From Thraustochytrium aureum (Eukaryota), in NCBI GenBank assembly GCA_012862495.1, contig BLSG01000162.1, positions 43,967-77,877 of the forward strand: a stretch of 33,911 nt of DNA. The letters are read 5' to 3'. The notes under the pieces are model-generated. The model was not told where the DNA came from. It was given only the letters and a program-made list of their open reading frames with translations, and searched no databases. A program made the position numbers and the translations under genes. The stretch's first letter is position 1. Each line of letters begins with the position of its first letter. Below, in pieces: positions 10,186-20,645 of the stretch.

Positions 10186-11752
10186 ATGGCGGGCGACCCT
10201 GGCAGAGGCGAGCTCGCGCTCGTGAGCGGCGCCACGGGGTACATCGGCTCGCACGTAGTGCGCGAGCTCCTCGATCACGGTTACCGCGTGCGCGGCACGG
10301 TGCGGAGCAAGAGCAAGGCAAGAGGGCTGGAGCACTTGCAGCGGTGGATCGCTGACGGGGCGCAGCTGGAGCTCGTTGAGGCCGACCTCGTGGACCGCGC
10401 CTCGTGGGACAAAGCGGTCGAAGGCTGCGTCGTGGTCGCTCACGTGGCGAGCCCCTTCTTTATTGGCTGCCCCGACAGCGAAGCGGAGGAGCGCCTCTTC
10501 AAGCCGGCGCGCCAGGGCACGCTCAATGTCCTCGAGGCCGCGTTTGCTGCAGGAACGGTTCGCCGGGTCGTGGTGACCTCGTCGGTGGCGGCTGTGACGG
10601 GCGGGCACGAGAGCCCCCGTCTCCTGGAAAACCCGGAGGAGCAGTGGACCAACCAGGACAAGGCGAACAACTACTCCAAGTCTAAAACGATGGCCGAGCG
10701 CGCTGCCTGGGACTTTGTCGTAAGTTTGTCAGGCGCGATCGCTCGCGACGGCTTCTCGAGGGGCTGCGGGCGCAGCCTGCGCCTTGCGAGGTTGAGTCTT
10801 GCAGCATGCTTTGTTCGCGGTTGGCTGACTGGCGCGCCGCTTCCTCGGCCCTATTCAACCCACTTGGTGACCGCAGGAGGAAAAGGAGGCTGAGGGGGTG
10901 CCATGTTTTGACCTGTGCACTATCAACCCCTCGCTGGTCATCGGCCCGCCCTTGTCTGCCGGCTTTGCAACGAGCCACACAATCCCGCGACGGTTGCTGA
11001 ACCGCGAGCTCCCCGCAATCCCAGACATGTAAGTGTTGCTACCCTGCTCCACCCCACTCGTGGTCGCGAGGCGCTCACTGACGGCCCGTCGCGCAGCCAC
11101 TTTGGCACGGTCGACGTGCGCGACGTGGCGGCCGCGCACCGCCTCGCTCTAGAAACGCCCGAGGCTGCTGGGTCCCGCTTTGTGGTCCAGGCGCAGTCAA
11201 CCGGCATGATCCAGTGGAGCAGGTATTTGGCGCACGAGTTTCGCTCGCTGGGCTACAAGCCACCCACGCGCAAACTTCCATACTCTGTGCTCTGGTTGCT
11301 GAGCTTCTTCAGCAAGGACGCAAAGGAGATTCTCGGCCAGGCGGGCAANNNNNNNNNNNNNNNNNNNNNNNNNNNNNNNNNNNNNNNNNNNNNNNNNNNN
11401 NNNNNNNNNNNNNNNNNNNNNNNNNNNNNNNNNNNNNNNNNNNNNNNNNNNNNNNNNNNNNNNNNNNNNNNNNNNNNNNNNNNNNNNNNNNNNNNNNNNN
11501 NNNNNNNNNNNNNNNNNNNNNNNNNNNNNNNNNNNNNNNNNNNNNNNNNNNNNNNNNNNNNNNNNNNNNNNNNNNNNNNNNNNNNNNNNNNNNNNNNNNA
11601 GCTCGGCCAAGGCGCAGCGGGTTCTTGGCTTGCACTTCACGCCAGAGCAGCGATCCATCGTCGAACAATGCCACGCCTGCCTCCGCCTCGGCGTGGAAGG
11701 CTTCCGCCGCACCGACCTCTACGACGCGCGCGAACGTTCCGCCGACGAGTGA
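10186..11752 (+). CDS. Extended SDR reductase, tandem copy 4; exons 10186-10719, 10877-11028, 11097-(gap)-11752
   Basis: Rossmann motif LVSGATGYIGSHVV, GYRVRGTVRS, VAHVASPF, GTLNVL, VVVTSSVAAV, YSKSKTMAE, INPSLVIGP, VDVRDVAAAH. After the gap it reads SAKAQRVLGLHFTPEQRSIVEQCHAC...DE-TGA. Confidence 0.93.
10720..10876 (+). other. Intron 1 of SDR copy 4 (phase 0)
   Basis: GTAAGT...CCGCAG; removal gives AAWDFV-EEKEAEGVPCFDLCTINPS, colinear with copy 1. Confidence 0.9.
11029..11096 (+). other. Intron 2 of SDR copy 4 (phase 2)
   Basis: GTAAGT donor, CACTGAC branch site, GCGCAG acceptor; removal gives ELPAIPDIHFGTVDVRDV. Confidence 0.9.
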
Positions 11753-12770
11753 TGCACCTATCCGTCCATCCATCAAATATGTTGTGTCTTCGTTTCTGGC
11801 CTCTTGTAGAGGCATTGGCGCTCTCGATCTCCAGAGCCCGAGGTACTCGAGTACTCTTTTGCATGCATGCGTGTAGGAAAAAAGGCGGATTCACAGCGGT
11901 CTTTCGCAAGCACGATCCACGCGATCGTGCTCTGCTTGGCAAGTTGCAGCGCCTTTTCGTCCTCCTCCTCCTCTTCCTCCTCGTTATTCAATTGAGCAGC
12001 TTGGCCGGTTTGCATTGTCGGAGCCCCCGCGACGACTTTGTACTGCGGGTCTGCTGGAATGACGGGATCGTGCGAAACGCGAAACGTGAAACGAAATGAA
12101 ACAATAGTGGGGGACCCAAGTGGGACGTCTCTGCACATGGCAGGCAGGCATGCAGGCAGGCACCGCGTGTTGGCGAGGTGCCAAACCAGCCCTGTCGGAC
12201 CTGAAGCCGCCGCCAAAGCGCGCGGCGTCGAAATGGGTCGGCAAACCGCACGAGCTGAGTCATCTTGTGAGGCAGGCTGGCCACGTCGTCCTACGCGTTC
12301 CTACCTGCGCCAATTCTTCCCAGCATCGTCCGTCGGTCATGCGCTGAGGACGCGAATGCAATGCTGATGAGGCTGTTCAACTTTGTTCCAATGGAACGTG
12401 ACTTGCGCCTGGTGGGAGTCGCCCGTTTCCGAATTGCGTGCCCCCGTCCACCTTTTCCCGAGACCCTGTGTGAGAGATTCAGTAGGCAATCTCAGATACG
12501 AAGCGTAAAACCCGCTAAAATCTATATATTTACCGAAATCACAACACACATGCCTTATTAAAGTCCTTCGGCGGTTTCGACGCGTAGTAAATGCACCGAC
12601 AGGGGAGGACTGCAACGCAGTTCACGAACACTTCCTCCCGGTCTCACCGTGAGAGAGACTCGTTTCGCCCTCTCAGCAGCCGTGGGTGGAGAGAGTTTCG
12701 TCTCGCAGCCCCTCACTGCAACATCGCGCGATTCGTTCCCCTCGTCCCCAGAGTCTCGCTTCACTTTCCC

Positions 12771-12862
12771 TGTTTTCAATTGTTTTTAATTCCTTCTGGT
12801 GTAGGGCTTTCGGTGTTTTCAATTGTTTTCAATTGTTTTTCAATCCGTCCGTGTCTTCAATT
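12771..12862. repeat. AT-rich imperfect 10-bp repeat TGTTTTCAAT (about 6 copies)
   Basis: Units start at about 12771, 12781, 12814, 12824, 12834 and 12852. Confidence 0.75.
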
Positions 12863-13602
12863 GGTTTATTGCGCCGTGTGAAGTGAGCGAGCAGAGCAGC
12901 AAGCAGAGCGGCGCCGGAGCGAGGGAGGAGCTGCACGCAGCACTGTGGGCTGGAAGCACGCCTGGAGCAGCGCGTGAGGGACGAAAGACTGAAGAGGCGC
13001 GGCTCGCGCGCGGCTCAGGCTCGCGCGAGGCCTGCGCGGCCGCCGGCTGGCCTGCCTGCGCCCGACCGGCCCGAGCAACTCGCTCCCTCTCTCTCACTCT
13101 CTCTCGCTTTTTGTCTCCTCACCAGCGCGCGCGCGCCCAGCCGTCGGCCGCCCCGCGCGACGAGGCGCCGGCTTCCCCCNNNNNNNNNNNNNNNNNNNNN
13201 NNNNNNNNNNNNNNNNNNNNNNNNNNNNNNNNNNNNNNNNNNNNNNNNNNNNNNNNNNNNNNNNNNNNNNNNNNNNNNNNNNNNNNNNNNNNNNNNNNNN
13301 NNNNNNNNNNNNNNNNNNNNNNNNNNNNNNNNNNNNNNNNNNNNNNNNNNNNNNNNNNNNNNNNNNNNNNNNNNNNNNNNNNNNNNNNNNNNNNNNNNNN
13401 NNNNNNNNNNNNNNNNNNNNNNNNNNNNNNNNNNNNNNNNNNNNNNNNNNNNNNNNNNNNNNNNNNNNNNNNNNNNNNNNNNNNNNNNNNNNNNNNCGGC
13501 CAAAGGGAGCGGACAGGGGCCGCGCCACGCCGCGCCCCGTCTGCCTGGCCGAGCCACGGCCAGGTGCCTGCGAACGTGGCCGGAGCGGCCACGGCGTGAG
13601 GG

Positions 13603-16078
13603 ATGCTCGCCGCCGCCGCTCCGACTGCGGCAATGGAAGGCAGGGCCGCGCGGCCAGGTTCTGATCGGGCGCTTGCCAAGCCGATGGCCAGCGGGCCTGC
13701 GACCCCGAGCCGGGCACCGAAAAAGCAGGGTCCCGGGCGTGCAAGCGAGGCCGAAGGCGAGGCCAGCCCCGACGAAGGCTCGTCGCCGCTGCGTCTCGCG
13801 CGCAGCAAGCAACTGTCCAGCCCAGCAAGCCAGCACACCGCGCGCGACCAGCTCTACGCCGCCGGCGACATCGAGTTGTACGAGCAGTATGGCATGACGA
13901 GCGCCGAGGCACAGGCATACTACGCGGGGCAGGATGGAGCGCAATACGACGGGCAAGGTGCCGCCTCTTCAGCCAAGGGGGCGCTCCAAGGGCAAAGTGA
14001 ACAAAAGCAAGACATCACAATCAAGGAGGACCTGTACAAAACCGAACTGTGCAAAAAGTGGATGACCACCGGGTCCTGCCGGTACGCTGGGAAATGCCGC
14101 TTTGCTCACGGCTACGAAGACCTCCGCGTTGTTGTGCGGCACCCGCTGTACAAGACGTCCATGTGCAAAAGCTTCGAGGCCACGGGAACCTGCAGATACG
14201 GCTCGCGCTGCCGATTCATCCACGACGAGACGGAGGAGTATCTCTCCCAGCTGCCCCGCGGCGTTGCCACGCTCAACATCTCGAACGAGACAGATCCGTC
14301 TCTGTTTCCACGCGTCCCAAGCGCCCCTGCCAACCTTAGCTCCTTCAGCCCCAGCAGCCTGCACCTGTCGCCTGCATCAGGCCCATATTCCGAATTCGGC
14401 GCCGACAGTGGTGCACAGGGCTCTGGGTCCGGGTTTCACTATTCGCAGGGCCAGCAGCAGTTGCCGCCTCAGCGCACGATGAGCCACCAGTACCTTGCGC
14501 ACGGTTCACAGCATGGCGCGTACGGGTATCCTGCAGGGCCGGCCTCCTCGCGTCAAGGCGCGGGCCAGGGGCGCGGCGTGCACGCCGCCTCGCCCGGGCT
14601 CTCGCCCTCAAGCCGAAACGTGAGCAGTCCAGGCCTCTCGATGCCCACGCACGGGTCCCTACGCCACATGCACGAGCTTGAGCACACGCACCACCTCCAG
14701 CACGCCCAGCACCTGCAACGCCTGCAGCAGCAGCAGCAGCAGCAGCAAGAGCAGCAGGCGCGAACCGACCACTTTGCCCAACAGCACCCGCAGCTCTACC
14801 AGTCGCAAACGCGCTACGGAAGCGCCTCTGCAGTCAATCTGTCAAACCTGTCGCATCAGGGCCACGGNTTCCCCTCGAGCGTCGAGGACTTTCGCACAAT
14901 GCACCAGAGTGCCCCAGGAGACCTCTCCGCTCGCTGCACATCGCCATCAACGCCAAGGCCACATGGTCGCACCTCATCAGCACCAAGCCCAGCAGCTGCA
15001 CCAGACTGCCGACTGGTTTGGGGACGACGGCATGAGCAGCATGTTTGCGAGTTTTGCTCCGCCCCTGGATGCTCGACAAATTCCAGTGGCGGTCTCCTCG
15101 TCGAGCGCCTCGGCGGGGATGGGGCGCACAAGCGGCGGAGCAGCCGGGCGTTTCTCCAACGGACAGTCGGCCGCCCGAGGCCACGGCTCGCCGCCGCCGT
15201 CCCCGCAGTCACCCCCGTTCACGTCCCGAGCCGCAGCGCTCTCCACATCCGATGCAGATCTCAAGGCGTCGGCCTCGGCTGTGGCCTTGTCCACGCTAGA
15301 GTCCCCAGACAGCATGCGGCCGATTTCCCCGCCAGAGGGCTCGCAGCGTGACGCTTTTGGCAACAGTCTACCCAGCTTCGAGGACATGAAGAGCCTCGCG
15401 CTGCCGCCGCCCCAGCCGTCTGGCGCACCCCTGGGCTCGATGAGCCGAAGTGCCTCTCAGCCCGTCTTCAACAGCGACCTAGCCCGCCACTCCGCAGCGA
15501 TGGGGCCAGGCCATTTGGGGAGTGCCACGGGGGCGTTTGGCTCGCATGGCGGTCTTATCGGGCTCGCAGACTCGGGCCTCGGCGGCCTCGGCGCACCCTC
15601 CCGCAGCTACGAAGCCAGCCTCTCGCTCTCAGGTGGGGCGCCCGACGGCGCCTTCGACCACGGCGGGTACGGATACGATCACACCGCAGACTTTGATGAG
15701 AGCGCGCACTCGTCACATATGTTTGGTCACAACAGCCGCGACTTTGGAGGTCTGCATTCGCAGATGCACCAGCATCAGAGTGGGCGTCAGCACCGCGACC
15801 AAATGCGCAAGGCCGCCAGCGTGAACGAGCTCTCCTCTGCGGCGTTCTTCACCTCATCCGGCCTCGGACACGCCGCGGCGCATGGCCTCGCTCCAAGTTC
15901 GAGCGGATTCTTTCTGCATAGTACACAAGAGGGCGATGAGGAGCAAGAGGAGGCGTTTGCGGGGGACGGCAGCGTCGAACTCGCTCGGGGTGGGGCGTCC
16001 GCCGCCACCCCCTACGGCGGCAGCCGTCAGCAACAGCGCCACCATTCGTCTGGCCAGGATGGCGCCATATTTTACTAG
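13603..16078 (+). CDS. Tandem CCCH zinc-finger RNA-binding protein of the tristetraprolin/ZFP36/Cth family; +1 frameshift near 14912-14915
   Basis: LYKTELC-x8-C-x5-C-x3-H, an 18-residue linker (GYEDLRVVVRHPLYKTSM), then C-x8-C-x5-C-x3-H. A long S/Q/H/G low-complexity tail continues in the +1 frame to GAIFY-TAG. The start could also be ATG 13633 or 13683. Confidence 0.9.
14724..14757 (+). repeat. CAG trinucleotide repeat encoding polyglutamine
   Basis: (CAG)7 CAA GAG CAG CAG in the TZF reading frame. Confidence 0.9.
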
Positions 16079-16466
16079 CTAGCAAGCTCTCGAGTATTTA
16101 TCCATTCCGATTTCTTTCCTTCGCTCCTCTACAACACGCGAGCAGCTCGGTCGCCTCGACCTGGGCGACTCGGTTGTTGTCAGGGCAGGGGAGCAACAAA
16201 CAAACAATACAAACAAACAACAAAACTCTTTANNNNNNNNNNNNNNNNNNNNNNNNNNNNNNNNNNNNNNNNNNNNNNNNNNNNNNNNNNNNNNNNNNNN
16301 NNNNNNNNNNNNNNNNNNNNNNNNNNNNNNNNNNNNNNNNNNNNNNNNNNNNNNNNNNNNNNNNNNNNNNNNNNNNNNNNNNNNNNNNNNNNNNNNGAGT
16401 TTGGACGGGTCCAAGACTGGAACGCCACTCGAGGCTGCGGCGCTCGAGGCGACGTCATTCTTTAGC

Positions 16467-19400
16467 CTACGATGACTCCTTGGACTTGCCCCGCTTACTT
16501 TCCAAGCCTTTGGCGAAATTCACAAACGGCGACTCCTTGGTGCGTACACGAGCAAGGAACGGCACGAGGTCAAACTCCTCCTCGTGGATGAAGGCCAGCC
16601 GCTTTTCAGGGTCGTCAGCGAGCAAGCTGCGCAGGAATTTTACCCCGGTAGCCTCCAGCATCCGCGCAAAGCTGCCAATCTGCAGCTGCACGGTCAGCGG
16701 GTCCGTGATGGCCTCGTAGATTTCCACCTCCGACTTGTTCGCCCACGGCGTCGAGCCAGTACACAACTCGCACATCAAAATGCCAAGCGACCACCAATCT
16801 GCCGCAAACCCGTGCCCCGTGCCCTTGATCTGCTCCGGCGCCATGTACTCGGGTGTCCCGCACGCCGTGAAGGTCCGCGCCCCGCTCGTCACCTTGGCAA
16901 ATCGAAAGTCCGTGAGCAGGAGCTTTCCGTGTACGTCCATCATGATGCCCTCGGGCGCAACGCCGCGACACAGAATCCCGCGGTTCTGGTGCAGCTCGAG
17001 TAGCGCCATCGCGATCGTCTTGATCGAGTATTTGAGCATGTTGGAGGAGGGGTCCAGGGGGCGGTCTGTAATGATGCTCTGCATGTCGGTCACAAACTCC
17101 TCCTTGAAAACCTGGTAGCGGATGAGTGGCATGTCCGGGTTGTTGAACTGGGACACGAGGAGGGGCGAGGGAATCTTGCGCAAGACTTCCAGCTCCTTGG
17201 AGAGCCAGTTCTCCGTCTCCGCACGCTCGCCCTCGTCCTCTGGAAGCAGAATTCGTCGCAGCGAGAAGACTTGAAGGTTCTGATCGTCCCCTGTCTCCTC
17301 CGCCTCCTCGGCATCCTTGCGGAGCGCGCACCGGTAGACCATGCCCGAGAAGAAAGGAATGTCCCCAGGAAACACCTTGAGCTGCTCGAGCGATGTGATT
17401 TTGGTGAGCGACTCTGCCACGGTTTCGCGCTCCTGGCCGTCGTTTTTGAGTACGTTGCCCAGGCGCCCCAGGACTTCGTCGAAAAGGTTGCGCCGGATCA
17501 TCAGACACGTCGTGTCTTCCTTGGCGATCACGTTTGCGGCCCGTGGCGCCGAGTTGAGCAGAGCGCGCTCGCCAAAGTACTCGTATTCTGCGAGCTGCAT
17601 CACCTCCTTTGAGCCGCCATCCTCGTCGTTGATGGTGACCGAGGCTTGCCCCTTTTTGATCACGTAAAAGGAGTCGCCGTGCTCGCCCTGTCGAACAATG
17701 TACTCCCCCGCTTTGACGTGGACCTCCGTCAAGAGGTCGACGAGACGCGCGATCTCGTTGTACGAGAGCGATTCGAACGTCTTCACTTTGCGCAAAACCT
17801 TGACGAGTCGGTGAGCCGTGTCGCGCATCAGCACCGAGTGGAACGCTTTGCGCTCCAAGGCCCAGAGCTTGCCCTTGGTTAAGGCGCGAATCGTCGCGGC
17901 GCGGGGTTTGTTGTACATGAGCGCGAGCTCGCCAAAGCTGGGCTGGAAGCCACCCTCGTCCGCGTTGTACTCCATGACCTCGCGCGGCTCCTCGTACTGG
18001 CCGTGAACGGGGATTTGCTTGCCGGTTGGATCGGTCGTCATCTTGTTGACCGCCACTTCGACGACGTAGCGTCCGCTTGCGGCCACGTAAAACTTGTCGC
18101 CCTTGTCGAATTGGCGTATGATCACCTGATCTGGCTCCACGTCGACGCGCTCCATCGCCATGATCGCCTTCTTGAGCTGGTCTTCGCTCAGGTGCGCAAA
18201 CAGGTAGTTGTTCTGGATCGCGATTTGGATCGCGGTCTTGTCCTCCTCAGACTTGTCGTACACCGGCAACGCGTAGCCTTCCAGCTCGGCGGGGTTGAAC
18301 GGGACTACGCCGACGTTGTTGGCCACCTTTCGCCGCACTGGGCGCAGCTCCATGCCCAAGAAGGACGCATCGCCGCCAGGTCCAGCCAGCGGCGCGTCGA
18401 GCTTTATCGACGTCTTGCGCTTGAGCGCCTTTTTCACCTTGTCATCATGCTCAGCCTGGGCCTGTTGCATAGCTTGCGCAAGTGGGCCTGGCGCGCCAGT
18501 GTTCTCCGAGAACTGGACCTGGAGCTCGAGCGCGAGGTTGTTGATTGCCGCGCTGCCTTTGCGCCGCACCAAGTCCTCTTTCGACATGGTGACGTCCCCG
18601 ACGTTTCGAACGTCCACGATGATGCAAGTGATGTCGTCCGTGCGCGTCTCGAATTGGAGCCACTGCCGATACGCCTCGGCCACAATCGCTCTGCACCCGT
18701 TGAGCAAGTCGTGCTGGAATCGCGAAAAGATGTCCACCACGCCTTGCGAAGTGATAAACTCAAACACGCCGTCAGAAGCAAGCAGGACGTACTGGTCCGA
18801 GAGCGTGATGTGGCGCTCGAGCACCTCAGGCACGGCAAAGACCCCAATCTCCTCCGCCACCCGGTCGCCGAGGGAACGCGTGAAGGCTGTGCCCGGGTAG
18901 TTGCCCATGGCGCTCCACAACCGCGGCGGGTCGCCGTCGTTCTCGTCCTCGTCCCCAAACTCCTGAATGTCCGGGTCTTGCACGCCCTCGATTTGGGCCA
19001 TCGTTAACACGCGCGCCCCGCACTTTTTCACGCGCACGCGCTCGTCCTGGCGGAACGGAGTCTGGTCAATGGACAGCGGGGTCGACTCAAGGCTGCCGTT
19101 CTGGCCCTCCACGATGGCGATTGCGCGCGAGTCGCCGACGTTTGCAACAAAGAGACGGTTCCCACTGAAAAGGGCCGTGATTGACGTCGTTCCGCTCATC
19201 ATGTCAGAGAACGAGTTGACCCGTTCCTGGAAGTGCATGTCGTCGTTCGTGCTCACGTGCGCGTTTATTAGCGCGTTGTAAAAGTTGCCCTTGGAAAACT
19301 CGGGGTCCTTCACGAGGTTTTGGTGCAGCTCGGATTGCGCAAACCCAGAGCAGAGGTCGCCCACTTTGCCGTGGCCATCGAAAACGCCAAACAGAGCCAG

Positions 19401-19698
19401 CGCCTTGCCGTCGTGTGTGAGGTCCTTGACGATCAGCGCGTCTTGGTTGGCCTTGTCGAGCTCGTCCGGGTAGTACCCGGTCTGAGACATGAATGCATAC
19501 GGGATCTCCTTGTCCTCTCCGTTCACATGCAGCTTGATCGTCCCGGTGCCTTCCAGCTTCTTTCGCGGCGCCGTGCGGTCGATGCGCTTGATTTGCTTCA
19601 TGGCCTGCTTGCTGGAGAACGTGGGCTTAAGGCCGGACTTGGTGCTGTCGTTCTCGCCCGATCGTCCTCGACGACCTTCTGGACACTCCGCCGCCCAT
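16467..19698 (-). CDS. PP2C phosphatase - two cyclic-nucleotide-binding domains - AGC-like (pseudo)kinase fusion protein; +1 frameshift at 19657-19659
   Basis: PP2C motifs ANQD, FGVFDGHG, SGTT, VANVGDSRA, GTAFTRSLGD, LASDGVFEF, DDIT. cNMP motifs FGELALMYNKPRAAT and FGERALLNSAPRAAN. Kinase C-lobe TACGTPEYMAPE and DWWSLG. ATG 19698 gives MGGGVS (myristoylation-type) and joins the main frame if one base of the C3 run is removed. Confidence 0.93.
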
Positions 19699-20645
19699 CG
19701 CGGCCTATACGTCCGCTCCGCAGCAGCCTCGCGGCGCCTGCCTTGGCTATGTCGCGCCAANNNNNNNNNNNNNNNNNNNNNNNNNNNNNNNNNNNNNNNN
19801 NNNNNNNNNNNNNNNNNNNNNNNNNNNNNNNNNNNNNNNNNNNNNNNNNNNNNNNNNNNNNNNNNNNNNNNNNNNNNNNNNNNNNNNNNNNNNNNNNNNN
19901 NNNNNNNNNNNNNNNNNNNNNNNNNNNNNNNNNNNNNNNNNNNNNNNNNNNNNNNNNNNNNNNNNNNNNNNNNNNNNNNNNNNNNNNNNNNNNNNNNNNN
20001 NNNNNNNNNNNNNNNNNNNNNNNNNNNNNNNNNNNNNNNNNNNNNNNNNNNNNNNNNNNNNNNNNNNNNNNNNNNNNNNNNNNNNNNNNNNNNNNNNNNN
20101 NNNNNNNNNNNNNNNNNNNNNNNNNNNNNNNNNNNNNNNNNNNNNNNNNNNNNNNNNNNNNNNNNNNNNNNNNNNNNNNNNNNNNNNNNNNNNNNNNNNN
20201 NNNNNNNNNNNNNNNNNNNNNNNNNNNNNNNNNNNNNNNNNNNNNNNNNNNNNNNNNNNNNNNNNNNNNNNNNNNNNNNNNNNNNNNNNNNNNNNNNNNN
20301 NNNNNNNNNNNNNNNNNNNNNNNNNNNNNNNNNNNNNNNNNNNNNNNNNNNNNNNNNNNNNNNNNNNNNNNNNNNNNNNNNNNNNNNNNNNNNNNNNNNN
20401 NNNNNNNNNNNNNNNNNNNNNNNNNNNNNNNNNNNNNNNNNNNNNNNNNNNNNNNNNNNNNNNNNNNNNNNNNNNNNNNNNNNNNNNNNNNNNNNNNNNN
20501 NNNNNNNNNNNNNNNNNNNNNNNNNNNNNNNNNNNNNNNNNNNNNNNNNNNNNNNNNNNNNNNNNNNNNNNNNNNNNNNNNNNNNNNNNNNNNNNNNNNN
20601 NNNNNNNNNNNNNNNNNNNNNNNNNNNNNNNNNNNNNNNNNNNNC

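Noticed and set aside
12361..12561. Short 66-aa ORF in the intergenic island
   Set aside because: No recognisable motif and atypical codon usage for this genome.
2903..16078. Functional link between the TTP/Cth-type gene and SDH4 (yeast Cth2 targets SDH4 mRNA)
   Set aside because: No clustered AUUUA elements are seen after the SDH4 stop, and linkage at about 10 kb is unremarkable.
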